This document shows, in pieces, positions 31,993-32,000 of a DNA stretch of 32,000 bases. The position numbers and the translations under genes are program-made. The notes under the pieces are model-generated. The model made no database searches. It saw only the letters and a program-made list of their open reading frames with translations, and was not told the origin of the DNA. The stretch's first letter is position 1. Each line of letters starts with the position of its first letter. The stretch comes from Trichlorobacter lovleyi SZ (GTDB lineage Bacteria > Desulfobacterota > Desulfuromonadia > Geobacterales > Pseudopelobacteraceae), in the NCBI RefSeq assembly GCF_000020385.1, contig NC_010814.1, forward strand, positions 3,510,001 to 3,542,000, read 5' to 3'.

Positions 31993-32000
31993 ATACCTGT

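Noticed and set aside
1-32000. Mobile elements, prophage, defence systems, toxin-antitoxin pairs and biosynthetic clusters
   Set aside because: No integrase, transposase, nuclease or methylase-like ORF is present. I saw no terminal inverted or direct repeats flanking a segment and no strand switch. Every sizeable ORF is accounted for by flagellar or che functions, or by the TPR and hybrid proteins described above.

Overview
The window is almost entirely one co-directional, minus-strand flagellar and chemotaxis supercluster with very small or overlapping gene junctions. There are no tRNA or rRNA genes, mobile elements or CRISPR arrays, and I could support no plus-strand gene. Reading 5'->3' on the minus strand (high to low coordinates), the order is: cheY, cheX, a CheX-like/receiver-like hybrid and a large secreted AMIN-like + TPR protein. 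Then comes a near-consensus sigma-54 promoter, followed by flgB flgC fliE fliF fliG fliH fliI fliJ, a YlxF/MgtE-N-like gene, fliK, flgD, a TIGR02530-like flagellar operon protein and flgE. These are followed by fliL fliM fliN fliO fliP fliQ fliR flhB flhA flhF flhG fliA, and then flgF flgG flgA flgH flgI, a rod-binding-only flgJ, flgN and flgK. flgK is truncated by the window edge and is absent from the ORF track. The order is Bacillus fla/che-like but also carries Gram-negative L/P-ring genes and FlhF/FlhG, which suggests a polarly flagellated deltaproteobacterium-like organism (inference only). The main items worth a second look are listed here. (1) A 672-bp, perfectly in-frame array of 28 x 24 bp sits inside the hook-length ruler gene fliK. 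(2) flhB has no canonical start codon and lies in frame with fliR across a single TGA. (3) The cheY-cheX-CheX/pseudo-receiver-AMIN/TPR module is welded onto the front of the flagellar operon. (4) An unexplained 240-nt flhB-flhA spacer is packed with TGTTG pentamers. (5) Candidate internal sigma-28 and sigma-70-like promoters and stable hairpins lie in the few gaps. Many ORF-track starts are over-extended, and I re-called them at internal starts with Shine-Dalgarno support.
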